The notes below the pieces were generated by a model, which was not told where the DNA came from, made no database searches, and saw only the letters and a program-made list of their open reading frames with translations. A program made the translations under genes and the position numbers. From Lobosporangium transversale (taxonomy: Eukaryota), in contig NW_019028982.1 of the NCBI RefSeq assembly GCF_002105155.1, forward strand, positions 1,178,001-1,242,000: a DNA stretch of 64,000 nt, read 5' to 3'. Of this stretch, positions 1-13,385 are shown piece after piece (the first letter of the stretch is position 1; every line of letters begins with the position of its first letter).

Positions 1-956
1 CGAGGCACCGGCTATTGGATCAGTTCTGATTATGCAGCAATACTTTGCACAACTAGACCGGACGGAGTACAACGCCAAGTTGATGGCTGACGTACGCAAA
101 TACATTCGGCCAGGAACTACGTTCAACTCTTTAGAGACTTATGGAGCACATGTGGTTTTGATAAGTAAGTATCTGGTTAGAGTCAATATAGTAGCAACAG
201 TGCATCAATCATCTAAATTGGCTTATCTGCCCTCTTTACGCTAGATGCGACCCCGAATCCTATGAAAGTTCATTTGGAGGTACAACTCCCACAGGGCACA
301 ATCCCAGTCTATGACCCTCTCGAAGCCTCCCAGGATGTCGATTTAAGTGCGCATGGAACCTTTCAATACGAATATCGCTTTTATTTCCCAGAAGAAGGCG
401 ATTTTTCACATTACCCAGCTCATGTCTCCGACTATGAAAATATCGTCGCATTCGCAAACCCAGCAACCCTCAAAGTCCGAAAACTGGGATCTAGCCGTGA
501 CCATGATGTAGCTGAAATCAATTCTTGGTCTTACATACTCTCCTGCGGGACACAAGGAGATATTCTTCAGAAGCTAAGGTCTGATCCATTGGATGGCATG
601 AATGTAGAACTCTTGATCCCCAGATTATACTGTGATATTGCTTTTTTCAAAGCCGTCACCAAAGTTCTCCGAGATCGATACGAATACATCGACCAAGTCT
701 GGAGCGTAAGTATGGTGCTGCATGCTACACAAGAGGACGACAGAAAAGAGTTGCGGAAAATAGCAAGTGAATACATCGGAAAAAAGCAGATAGCTCGGTT
801 GGTTGGAGACTGGTTTACGTCAGGGCTTGTGGTTCGTAGGCCTCAGGATCGATGCCAACCACCTTCCTTATACAAGGAGGCATTTCAGTACGTCGAGTAC
901 TTTCCTCTTATTAACGCACGTGGTAAAGAGCTTCTTCCCCCTTTAGCTTGCAACTA

Positions 957-994
<38 letters not shown>

Positions 995-2591
995 AAGATG
1001 AGCTATGAAAGTAACGAATGTTCATATTTCCCTCCTTTCTTTCCCACTAATAGCTCACAAGGCTACCAAGCACGTAAGGGTCTTGAATACCAAGTTCAAG
1101 AACCAGTATGAACGGTTCTTGACCTTGCTCAGCGAGAAGCCGTATCACGATATTAATGATCTGCTCGTTCTGATAATCTATTTGTTGGCTCAAGACAGAA
1201 TCCTTGAAGCCAAAAAGCATTTTGTCAGGCTGACGGCTCTTGTTGAAGAGAGGCAGCTTGATCAGGCGATGAATAGTGAGGACGAAGAGCAAACAGATGG
1301 TGCACATCATTTCCAGCATATCCAATATGACTACCTTCGCGCATACCTTAGCCTTTGTGTTGAAATTCAGACAAATGAAGATGATGAAAGCGGTAGTGGG
1401 GATGATGTCAGCGGACTAGACCTTGACTTTACAGGTATCTTGGAGATTGTGGACAAGTATCACAACTACCCAGTGCAGCGATGGAACAAATTATTCAAGG
1501 ATATGAAAGCTTATGTCAATGATATTCAGCAATCCTGTGCTTCGGCGCTTAAATCTGGATCAGAAGTGGATTCAGGCGAGGTTGATGCCGTTGCGCCCGA
1601 AGCTTCTATGGGCTCGACTGAAGAATCCCTAACTGTCAATTCTGGCAAAGCTCTTTCAGGGCTTAACAAAAAACGTCCTGCATCAGTCTATTTCGGAATC
1701 GAGCCGGATAGCCATATTACAATACATCATTCCGGAATTAAGGAAGTCATTGTAGAATACTATGCTATTGACGCTGAAGCAATGTTCTCTGCCTCTCCGC
1801 TCGCGTTCGTTGAGCAGGGTGACGACGAGACGACAGCTACCGCCGCTAGCACTGGTAGTGGCACCATTCCCAAGCCTCTCTTTGGACCACCAGCATTTGG
1901 ATCGTTCAGTCCATTTACTCCAGCATATACCATACCTTCATCTGTACCTTCTACAAGCGCTTCAGTAAGCTATCGTCTGATTAAACCTAACGGTATTGAC
2001 AAGCATGTTGTATCGTTTGTATCTAAGGCTTCTGAGGATGGAATTGGGGTGCTCAAGGTTCCAATCTTGGAGCACTATCGGAATACAAACGTGGTGGTGT
2101 CAGTGGCTACGGTCCCGCCAGCGGCGACAAAGACTTGGAAGGCATATCACTCTCAAAATATCACAGTACAATGCCAGGAGCTGTCAGGAATGATCAAGGT
2201 GACGACAAAACTTGAGCAGTTGGACAGTAGTGCTAGTGGCAATAGCTCACGCTGTCGGCCTCGGCCTCAGCCTAAGAATCGTCCCCTTCGTGGTGGATAT
2301 GTCAAGGTTTATGCAGAGCTGAAGAGTAGTCAGAATGGTCAAAATGACACGGTGTTCTGGAAGGATGGCTATACAGATCTGATGGGCCGGTTTAATTACT
2401 CAAAAGTATCGGCCAATTCTGCGATACCACCACCACCAACGATGATGTTCGGTGGCGCTTTTTGCTCGGGGCCGCCTGACAGCGCAGCTAACGGGGTTAA
2501 AGGACTGGCGGACGTGAAGAGGTTCATGGTATTTGTAGATGGTGGCAAGGCAGGCTGCGTCGTTAAGTCTGTTCCCGCACCATCACTGTAA
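1..2591 (+). CDS. 3' part of a large conserved hypothetical protein (resembles Dictyostelium actin-binding protein F / large bacterial hypothetical proteins); 5' end lies outside the window
   Basis: Exons <1..164, 245..922, 1054..2591 joined by GT-AG introns (GTAAGT 165..244; GTAAAG 923..1053) that keep frame (LIN-ATP, INAR-AHK). Motifs FYFPEEGDFSHYPAHV and C-terminal YVKVYA...FWKDGYTDLMGRFNY. Family assignment is from memory of these motifs only. Confidence 0.7.
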
Positions 2592-4053
2592 CACGCCGAC
2601 ATGCGTTGGCCCTTTTATTGAAATAAACAACTAAGGAAATGATTGAGGAGAAGAGGGATCTTTGCTTGACGAATAGATGACAAATTCTAAGCGCGAACAT
2701 GACTGATTGGCCCACATTAGTTTCTATTGTATAGAGCCGCCACTTCACGAGATTCCATGCCATCAAGGTAACAACACCACGACCCAAATAATAAATCTGA
2801 ATCCGACATCAATGATAGCCTGTCACTAAGGAAAGTCTAATGAAGCAGCTCATTAAATATGGAGTAGAGGACAAGACTTCGACTTTGTATTCGCCCCTGT
2901 GTTCCGAAAAAAAAAAAAAAAAAAAAAAGACTATTTTTTATCAACAAACGCCTAATATTTTCATTTGTTTCGTGGCTACGGATTACTTAATATCGCGACT
3001 CCAATACCAATTAGTTCCAATTGCCCAGTAGTTAAAAACCAGAATTATATATTTCATCCTTTACTAGTCTACCCGGCGCTGGATGTGTCCGTGTGCTCCA
3101 CATTTTAAAAATTCATAAAAATCTATGTCCTTCAGTCTCAATCTCCCTTCAACAATTAACATCTTATATCATTTTCCCCTTTCGCTTTCCCAGCCTTCAC
3201 ACTCCCCTTACCTTAAACCACCACCATAGAAGGAGTTCGTGATGTAAGCCAGATCACATTGAAGCAATAGTTCAGACTAAAAAATCCATTGATGATGGAT
3301 CGAGCTTAGAATGGGAAACAAAATCCCTCTCGTTTTCTGTCCCTTCTTCATTTCATATCATTTCCAGCCAAAAGTCACAAGAATGCAGGTAATCAAAGTG
3401 AACACCTCCGCCTCCATAAAGAAATCCAGGCAAGAAAAGGATGAGATCACTGTCCCGTTCCGTGTTTCTCCTCTCCTCCCCCACTTATAACCAGGAGTGG
3501 TAGAGAAAAGGAGGCAACCAATACTCGGCATGTGACGCGAAACTACTCCAAGCAGCTAATTCGAAATCTTATGTGGTACTGTCAGATCTTCCACAAGGCC
3601 TATATGTGCAGCAATGGGTGCAACACTTCGGTTACCACTGGCTGATGCCAATATTAACATCACTATTTAATCGTTATCTACAACATTACCAACTTATCAA
3701 CAGTGGTACATAAAATTATAGCCTTGAGAAGCTAACGGCGCAAAGGCTTAATAAGATGGACACCAGATATGACATTTAGGCACCTACGATGCGACGGACG
3801 AATAACTTGGCGTGTCGTTTGCTAAAGTAGACCATTTATATGAGTGTTCCTTAATTACTCTTTAAGCTAAATATCACTACGCTTAAAGGCTTTATTTATT
3901 AAGGTTGAATTGGGAAATATATGTATAAGCGTGCTGTCGGTGTTTTGCTAAACAATATCCATCTAGAATACAGTGGTGATAGGTTATATACATGGATACG
4001 ATGACAAGATAGATGCTTCAGAAAAAAAAAAATAAAAAAAAAATAAAAAGAAA

Positions 4054-5442
4054 CTACAGGCCATCTGAACGCTTGATATCCACTGGGAAAGAGTTGGAAG
4101 GCCCGGGTTGGTTTCCTGTGGGGTCTACCATAGTAGCAGCAGTAGAATCCTCTTTACTATCCAAAGCGCTATGATCGACTAAAGAGTCTAAAACCGTGTT
4201 CCGAGAATGCTGGCCTTCCTTGGCATTTCCCTCCAATGGAATGTGGGCGGCTGTACTGGTGAAGGCATGAGAATTTTGATATTGATCAGATTCTACCATA
4301 TCCTTTTCTTGTGCTGCAGCAGGACGTGCTGGTAATGGTGGGAGAGGCCTTTCTTGTGAAGCTTTATCATCATACATGCAGGCTTTGGCGTGTGCAAGCC
4401 CATACTGGCACATCTCCAAGGCATTATCTGTAGATAGCGTGGTAGAGTGGTCAGGGATGGTAAGCACATGAGCATTGCCCATCTCGGCTTGATCATAGAC
4501 CTCGCTCCTTCTTTTCACCATGGAGTCGATACTTTTCTTCTGCTTGCCCCACATCTTATTAGCTATATCATCGTTGGGGTTGTAAAGTCCTTTGAATGTT
4601 GCTCGAGTACGGTTCTCGACAATGACGGCGGCTATGCCTTCAGCAACAGCCAACAGACCTGCTAGTGAATAAAACCCTAAGGCGACTTGATCGAACACGC
4701 AGAGGTAGGACAGAAGATTGGAGCGCACAATATGAGGACAGTTGTAGAGGTCGCGAGGGTTGTAGATGCCGTAGCGTCCATCGTAGATATCTGCGCGATC
4801 TTGAGTATCCCGTTGGAAGGGCAGTGTAAAGATTTGGCGCTCATGTCGTTGATAAGCTTGGATAGAGATATTGAGAAGACCAGCACTGATGAGCCAGACA
4901 GCTAAGAAGCGAATGATGGACCAAGCAGTGACGCAGGAAGAACGGCGTTCAATTGGTGTAACAATTCCATATCGAGGGTAAAGATGATATGCATCATCGG
5001 GCGCCGTCAAGAGATTGACGATATTGCCATGGATATTATTGTTATCACTATTCTTATAGTTATTGTTGACCCCACCCTCAGGCTCACTTGATCCCGGGAC
5101 AACAGTTGTAGCAGCAGCAGCAAAAGGCGGTGAGGCAACGACAGGGTGTACCAAGCTAGGGGTATGAAGAGACGAGAAGGATACATACTGTTGGGAACTA
5201 TAATTGTATTGTCGTTCATATCGTCGTCGTTGAGCGTTTTTGATACGGTATCCAATCTCTGAAAAGACCAATATCAAGAAGAGAAAGCCGACCAGAGCTG
5301 TGCCAGCGTAATATCGCCAGAACATAACCACTTCCGGATAATGGATATAGACATAGAGGAAAAACATGTCAAATCCGAACGCTGTTAACGCTACTAGCAT
5401 CAAGGAGTAACGAATGACTGATTGGAATGTGGCGAGACCCAT
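4054..5442 (-). CDS. Hypothetical integral membrane protein (about 4 TM helices, disordered C-terminal tail), 462 aa
   Basis: Single intronless ORF. Hydrophobic segments YSLMLVALTAFGFDMFFLYVYI, YYAGTALVGFLFLILVF, IIRFLAVWLISAGLLNISI and VALGFYSLAGLLAVAEGIAAVIV; Pro-rich RPLPPLP in the tail. Confidence 0.7.
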   Translation of the reverse strand: MGLATFQSVIRYSLMLVALTAFGFDMFFLYVYIHYPEVVMFWRYYAGTALVGFLFLILVFSEIGYRIKNAQRRRYERQYNYSSQQYVSFSSLHTPSLVHPVVASPPFAAAATTVVPGSSEPEGGVNNNYKNSDNNNIHGNIVNLLTAPDDAYHLYPRYGIVTPIERRSSCVTAWSIIRFLAVWLISAGLLNISIQAYQRHERQIFTLPFQRDTQDRADIYDGRYGIYNPRDLYNCPHIVRSNLLSYLCVFDQVALGFYSLAGLLAVAEGIAAVIVENRTRATFKGLYNPNDDIANKMWGKQKKSIDSMVKRRSEVYDQAEMGNAHVLTIPDHSTTLSTDNALEMCQYGLAHAKACMYDDKASQERPLPPLPARPAAAQEKDMVESDQYQNSHAFTSTAAHIPLEGNAKEGQHSRNTVLDSLVDHSALDSKEDSTAATMVDPTGNQPGPSNSFPVDIKRSDGL

Positions 5443-5680
5443 GGTTGATGTAATATGATGGTTAACGAAGATTTTTTTTATCTGAAATTAAGGAATAGAA
5501 TGTGAATCGTTGTATGATCCCACACTAGAATAAGCAACGTAAAAGAGAGATATGGAAAGAAAATAGATGAGATCAGAAGCCTTTTTATACTTACTTAGTC
5601 CATCAAAAAGTAATAACACCAGTGCTTGGTGAGAGCTTACCGCTCTTTGCTTGTATCCTTAAGCATAGAATGAGTACAGG

Positions 5681-5712
<32 letters not shown>

Positions 5713-6189
5713 CCAAAGTTCTTTTCTACTACAACGCGGCATCATTGAAGTCAAGGATTTTGCGTATTTTCTTGGCAGTGATTTCTTGGCTCTAAAATTT
5801 TCAGGGTTGCACAGGGTTTGAAAAGATATTTTTGCCTGGGCTTTTTGTTGTTAAAAAAAGCTCCTCACATACACCCAAGGTTCCTGGGCTTCAATATTTT
5901 CCTTTTTTTCTTTTTTTCTTGGCATTTTTTTTTTTGTGGACCACTTTCTAACTTGGAATAGGGTTTTGAAAAGGTTGCGCAGTAGAGAACCACAAATTTA
6001 TGACTGTGAAACAGCCATAAACTCATCGGATATATATTCCTTGATCTCTATGCAAAATCCTTGTCTGGAGTTGAAAACCTAAATGATCCTCTTCCTATCC
6101 GTTATGTGAGACAACCACATCTATCTCTTTCCTGTATATTTCCAATGTCATATGGATATTATAGGCGGGTTCATCCTTTAGAGACTATT

Positions 6190-8441
6190 TGATGGGGGAT
6201 TTTGAAACATGGTACAATCTCAAGTGCCCTTTGTAGGACCAGGGTCGTGGTTTGCATATATATTAAGGCCTTCTTCTAAGAACTGCGTCAAATCGCGATC
6301 GCCCATAATCATTCTCTGTAATCCGATTCTAGAAGACCGACTACATTTAATCCCAGGTCACGAACCATATCGCGTATATGGATCTCATTATTGTACTTGT
6401 TATTATCAGCCGCAAAGTGAATGGCCTAGATGGCCGCTGTGGTAAGCCTATGTTCTATATGATACGGCTTTTGCACACTTCTAGATGAGCGTCATAGGCA
6501 TATAAAAAGGATAATAAAACCAAGTCGACTAATATCAGCTTTGCATACAATCGCACGCTTGAGAATACAAAGTGTTTGTGTGTCTCTGAGGTAAAAGGCC
6601 CATGTGGCCGCATGGGCATTGAGGATGTCAAGAAAAAGACAGCCCTGCATAGCAACAAGACATAATCCATGTGCTCCCTCATGATTCCGCCCCCAGGAGC
6701 AAATGCATAGGCAGCAACACAGACATGCGCTAGCGCCAAAGTATTATAGGTTATCATTGCCACCAAAAGTGCTCGGCCCGGAGACTGGTGGCATAGCGAC
6801 CTGATGATGGTAGGGAGGAGAGAAAGGATAGAAAATAATAAAGATAGTACTCCTATGAATTTAATGTTGTCTTCAACAAAATGTAAAAGCGCTAATCCTG
6901 TAGAACCGATACAAAACCAAGGCATAGGTGTTAGGAATTGACACCTCGAAGATAGATAAAGGCCTGTTGCCATGGCAATAATCACCATCAATCTGCCGGT
7001 GGTCGGGTGGGCCTATATTAAGATAGCCATCTAGCGACTAGCGGCAAATCGTGGATGCCTCAGCATGGATAGAGTGCAAACAAATCAAGCATCTCCCTCC
7101 TCCTCCTGCTGCCTTAGTTGAGTTATCGTCTTCTTTTGAGCTATCAATTGCTTTTGCCTCGTGCTTATAAGGTTCCTTGAGTAGCATGGTTCGCATACTT
7201 GCCAATAGGCCCAACATGTTGTTGTGCTCACCGTTACTCAAGCTCATAATCGGCCAAATCGGGTTACTAGTCTACCATACTTGTATGATTGCATTATGCA
7301 GAATAAGGCCTAAAGCCAGCGCCATAGCGCCACATTCTGCTCTGCCGTTCCAAAAGCTTTGTCTACAAAGCGTTGCACCCCATGTCACTAGTGGGGGGTA
7401 ACGCCAATCGCGACTGTCATGAGACGATAGGCAGGGCCATGGCTAGTTACGAGAGAATACTGACGAAGAATAGTAGGTGAAAAAGCTCTTTGGGTCGTTC
7501 AGCTCTCTTGGGAAGGCTATTGATCCCTAAAAGTCCGGATATGGTATTGCAGAATAGAAATAGATTGTATCCGGATAGCCCCATATGTCACAATGGAAAA
7601 TACCATACCATCAGAGGAAGTGACATTAACATTGACCAGAAGATGAGGCCTATATAATAGGGATTTCTTTTCATCTATGGTTAATGCCTGTATCTTCTCC
7701 ATGTCAAGCGCAGGTCAATGGCAAATACAATTGTTTCAGCAAGCTTGATCTGGCTATAAATTGACCGAGCTTTGCTGTAAGCAAAATATCTGCTTCTTTC
7801 GCTAGTATTGGCTACTTTCCTCTCTGCTGGAGCCTCTAAGGTCATCTCCAGGTCTCCTGAGTTCATTGTGAGCTCCACAGGCGCCATAATGTCCTTTTAT
7901 TCCAACATTTACTACATGAACGAAGTCAATTTTTGAGACTGTACCAAATGCTAGATCAGAAAAAATGAGCGACCACTCAAAGAAACCATAGTAGTATATG
8001 TTAAATAAAAGAGCGAGGAGTAGAAAGAAGCAGGTGAGTTGATACACTAAATAGCCAACGCAATCCTCATACATTGTATTCTGGTAAGTAACAGATTTAA
8101 CCCCCTTCCTTGGGCGCGATGGACTATTGTGCAGAGTGCAGAATGAAAAAATAAATCATGGGGACGAGCGCTCCAAAGAATGTAAATGCACCGATCCGTC
8201 TTTTTTTCCGAGTTCGAATATGGTGGAGGGCACTTTTGGTGGTCCCGAGAATATATGGGACGGTGCAAAGAAAGTAAACAACCATGGCAAAGTTGTGAAC
8301 TGTATGGTCATCCGAGGATGTAACATAAACCCAATCACCACATGCCGCTGTTCTAATAACACCGTTTATGGATAAAAGTTGAGCGAACCTGGCGAACCTG
8401 GCGAACCTTTTGGGACAAAATGAACTTAACAAAGCGTCCAT
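6190..8441 (-). pseudogene. CWH43: Decayed CWH43 / PGAP2-interacting protein (Frag1/DRAM/Sfk1 domain plus EEP-like domain)
   Basis: Collinear fragments in several frames: WVYVTSSDDHTVHNFAMVVYF, YYGFFEWSLIFSD, AHVCVAAYAFAPGGGIMREHMDYV and GLLESD/QRMIMGDRDLTQF...DPGPTKGT*. There is a 1-nt frameshift near 6320, TGA where a conserved Trp is expected near 6220, and many other stops. Boundaries are approximate. Confidence 0.8.
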
Positions 8442-9602
8442 GCAGTAAGTGCAATGGAAGTTTAGCAGATGTTTCTTTCAAGGTACACTCTGGTCTCGCT
8501 TTTTTGCACATCGTGTCAAAAAGTGGATTTTATATTTGTTCTGGAGAGGAGGGAGACAAGCAAAATAATTAGCCAATAGACCGCGTCATTTAGCTCTTTT
8601 AAAATAATATTTTAAATTGAATTGAATCTAGCCAATGAGCATCGCGGAATATAAAACCCACTTTTTTGACATGATGTGCAAAGAGTGAGACTGTGAGGGT
8701 ATTAAGGACGGCTTCTGAGGACTTACCCGCAACGTTATTTTTGACTTATAAATTCCTATTGACAGTTTCGATGACTACCAGTTTGGTAGCTTCTTCAATA
8801 GTACGCGCCTTATCTGTAACTCTCTTTGCAGCCTTTTGCTCTGCGCTAACATGGACGATCTTTTCTTCAGCTTTATGCAACTCCTGGCTATGAGATGGAG
8901 GCGAGAGCGTGGCCTCAACCGTTTGGTTTCATCCCTAACGAACATTTAGTGCCGTCCGGTCTCACTCTCGTTCCTCACTTTAGGCTAGGTTGCTAGCAAG
9001 GACGCAGAGAGAAGCTGACTGAGATAGTAAGCAAGCTGACCGGCATCACCCAACTATGCATTTGGAACTAGTAGGCTACAACTGATGACCAAATGTGCTT
9101 TACAATGAATTGTTTCGCAGGAAGTTGTAGTTGTGGTACTTCTAGCAGCCTATTCATCAAAATGTAAATAATAGCGTTAAAGACTCTCCTTTTGAGGCAA
9201 TCGCTGCTGTTCTTTGAGCAGCTGAGTAGTGTTGAGCCGAAAGCCATTGCTTTACTTCATAGATATACCCCTATTCTTCAGTCACTTTGACACCTCTTTG
9301 AGCATCATTTGAGCACCTGCTTGTTAAAACTGCCAAGTAATTTTTTTTTTTATTTTTTTACCTAGCAGTGCTTAAAGAAATATGCGAGAGAGATGAGCTC
9401 AATATTACTGTCCACTGAAGACTACATTCTGGTTTAATTAAATGCAACAAATACTCTATGTAGTTTCAATATGATAAATTAAACGACAATATACCAATGC
9501 CGATAATGATGACTATAACAAGAATGATAGTAGCGACAATAGCAATAGTGTACGCCGCTCAGTGTGTGCTTGAGGTTGGTATATTATGAGGCAGTAAAGC
9601 CC

Positions 9603-12600
9603 TCATTGACGCAGATGGTGAGTTGTAAATATCCGCAAACATTGCTCCAGCTCCTCTTTACGCAGAGGTTTACTGATGTAGTCATTCATGCCTGCTGCAA
9701 TACACTTTTCTCGATCACCCGGCATCACACATGCTGTCATCGCAATGATGTAAGGTCGATCCGATGTACCACCAGATAAATGCTTGCGGATGTATACTGA
9801 AGCATCCAAGCCATTCATCTTGGGCATCCATATATCCATGAATATGAGATCATAGGGGACGAAATGCTTCTGACCATCATTACTGTCAGCAACAGGATTA
9901 TCACCTGTCGCCCCGGAAGCCTCGGAGCCGGGATTAGCGCTGATGTCCAAGTGTGATAATGGCATTGCTGGTGATGGAATTGTCGTTGTTGCTTGTATGG
10001 CTGTTTGTTCTGTATCTGCAGGAGCCAAAGATAAAGACCTGTCTTCTGCGTCACCATCTGATAAGCCACTAATACCAGAATCCATGTTAGTTGTATCAGA
10101 TTGGTCCCCTCTTCTTTCCAGAAAGCGCATCTGAGCTGACTTCTTTTCGATCAGCTCAACGGCCTCTTGTCCATTGTTGGCCTCATCTGGCTTTACGCCC
10201 AGCCGCGCGAGCATCTTGGAGACTACCTTTAGGTTTACGGGGTTATCGTCCACTACCAGCACCCGAACCTTAGCCATCTTGCGCGCTGTCGAAGACAAGG
10301 CGGCTGCCGCAGCCGCCAACGATGGCGATGCGTATCCCGTAGAGCTAGGTGTATCTATTGAGGACCTGCCGCCAGCATTTCGTTTAGATGCGGCTCTGGC
10401 TTTTTGCAGTGACAATCTCTTAGCCATGGGAACCTCTATTCCTTCACCGAGACGAGACTGAGGTTCGGGCCGTGGCTGCTGGTACGGAAGCTTCATATCC
10501 GATCCCATCCCTGAGCCAGCTCTGGGCCTTACTTCTCGAAAGTTGGGTACACTCTGTTCTTTAGGTGGCATAATCGATATCATGGATTTCTCCGTTCCCA
10601 TCATCGACTTGACCAGCTTCTCCTCTGGCGGTACTTGTACCATATCTACAGTAGCAGGAGTAGGAACCAAACCAGACACAAATGCATTCTCATTTGCCGG
10701 CTCTTTTGTAATAGGAACAGGAGAAAGAGGTGATATGGACACTGGCACTGGTTGAATGGCGCTATTGAACAACGTCAATACAGAAGTAGAGTCGTCCATC
10801 GGAGCCAGCTCTTCTACATCCAGCTCCATATTCATTGGATCTTCTGTGAGCGCCTGCAGGACTTTAGAGTGTCGGATTGGCTTTGTAAAGTAAATTGGAG
10901 CAGCAAAAACGCCTTTCAGCCGAGCAGGACCTTGGACAGCAGAAATGTCTTGTGTTGGCGTAGTGGACTCGTTGTCGCTACTACTGAAATAACAAGCCTT
11001 GTTCAGAGATGCAGCAGGCGATGGAACAGCTGCGGAGAGATGGTCAATGCTGCTAATGCTCTGCTCGTAAAAAGTAGTCTGAGTACCGGGCGTCAACAAA
11101 TTACCGGCTCCAGCAGTGGTGGTAAATGTTGGTCTGATACCCAGTTGGTTCGAAGTCGAAGGCGGAGCCCTGTCCAGTGTTAGGGACGACGTTGATGAGC
11201 CAGAATGATCTCTGTACTCTGGTGCATACGGGTTAGAGAAACAACCCTGGCTGTCATGCTGGGGACGACAAATAACTCCAGGCTCTTCATTTGTATCGCT
11301 ATTCGAGATTCGTTCGCCACTCCACCGAGATGCATCTCGACGAGCATGGCCATGATATGAGGTTGATGCCGACGCAGCAGCCTTGATGTCTCTCATATCT
11401 TTGAAGATAATTACAGGGACAATAGAAGGTGGAGCAAGACTCTCTTCAATGTCAAGATATTGGGATGATCCTCTGGCTGCAGTTGCTCGGATGGCATCCA
11501 AAAGATTCTCGGGTTTCTTGTAGAGGAATCCATTAAGATCTGTTTCTAGAATCAAAGCCTCCATCTTATCTTGGATCCTCTCCTGGACACCAGATTCAGA
11601 GCTCTTTTCCAAGAACGGCATGATTTCATTACTCCTTAATATTTTGACACTGTGCATGTTCCAAGCATCTGTTCGCTTTTTCCAGGCCTTGCGACCCATA
11701 TCAGAATCATCTACCACCACGAGTTTCATATCTGTTAACTTTGAGAGCTTAAACTGCTCTTCGTACGTCTGACATCCAACGGGACTATCAAGGATAATGT
11801 TAAAGTAGAAGGTGGAGCCGACATTGGGAACGCTGTCGACCCACATACTGCCGCCCATCATCTCGCTGAGCCGTTTACTAATTGCGAGACCCAGACCTGT
11901 GCCACCGTATTCTCGTGTTGTACTCTCATCGACTTGCGAAAAACTTGTGAATAGCTTATCAAATCGATCCGATGGGATGCCGACACCTGTATCCTTCACA
12001 GAAAAAAGCAATTTGACAGGCTTGGTTTGAAGGGGAGTAAGTGAGCCCGAGCCGGTACGACCTATTACTGGTGTGCCATCCGACAGGACCACACCATCAG
12101 CTCTATTGGCTGCTGGGAGCTCTGTAGATAATGGGGATACCGAGTCGCCATTAACAGCTTGATCGGTTTGATTGATGGATCCCTGAGAAGACAGTAATTG
12201 GCTCATTGTAGGATTTGCGAGCGTATTGACTCTCGGCACTTTTAGAGAATCGGATGTCAGAGTCGGTCTACTGATATCCCCAAGACGGGTAGGCCGAGGA
12301 GGCTCCGTCTTGACGTCTTGTTCATCTTCAAACCTGACTTCAGGCAGGTTCTCAACCGTGACAGTGACATGGATCGACCCCTCCTTTGTGAACTTGACTG
12401 CATTGCTCATCAGGTTCAACAGAATTTGGCGGATACGTGTGACATCGCCCATAATCTCCACAGGGCACTTTCTGTCAATCTCGTACACCAGGCTCAGTTT
12501 CTTTGCTATAGCTTGCGAGCTTATCAGGTTCACAGCAGATTCCATGACGAAGCTCAAGTCCAAGAGTCGCCTTTCCAGCTTCAATTTACCGGACTCGATC

Positions 12601-13352
12601 TTTGAAAAATCCAGGATATCGTCAATAACCGTCATCAGTTGGTTCCCGGAGGACTCTATCGTTTCTGCACATTCTGCCAATTCGGGATTTAACTTGGAGT
12701 CCAACAATATCCTAGACATGCCAATGACGGCGTTCATCGGGGTGCTGTTTCACCATATAAAAACAATGGTATACAAGAGATTAGAGGACTAAGGTACTCG
12801 ATCTCCACCAAAAGGTATAAAAAAGAAGGGAAGTGACATACCGAATTTCATGTGACATGTTGGCCAAAAAGTTTGACTTCGCGGTTGCTGCTGCTTCAGC
12901 GCCTTCTTTGGCTTTTTGAAGATCATCCAATAGCCGATGCGTCCTGGCACGCTCCTCCTCTAACTCCATGGTCCTCATTTGAAGGTTCCTAGTCCTGTCA
13001 TGTACGAGTTCCTCCATGTCGTTACCATACTTCTCGAGCATTGCTGCCATACTACTGATAAAGTCACTGGATTTATGGGGGTTGATATCATTGATTCTGG
13101 CGAGGATTGCGGTAAAATGGGGCCGACTCGTGGGTTCCTTTGATATACACAAGCGAATCAACGCATTGATTTGCTCAATATTTTCACGATCTTCCGCAGA
13201 ATATATTGAATTCTCAGTGTTGATCAGAGTGGGTCGAAGATCGTGCCCCTTTACAAGCTTGATTATGCCAAGGATGTCCGCCTGTTCTTGATCATGGTAA
13301 GGCAGGCGGCGTGTTAAAATTTCGTTGAATATGATTCCAGCACTGGGGGATG

Positions 13353-13385
<33 letters not shown>

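Noticed and set aside
3230..3830. Possible decayed gene on the + strand
   Set aside because: Coding-like composition but riddled with stops; no motif could be assigned with confidence.
5800..5985. CAGGGTTG/AGGGTTTTGAAAAG motifs suggestive of a transposon end
   Set aside because: Short direct repeats only; no matching inverted terminus or TSD found.
8690..9330. Possible coiled-coil gene or transposon remnant on the - strand (QELHKAEEKIVHVSAEQKAAKR)
   Set aside because: Short, interrupted and unassignable without a search.
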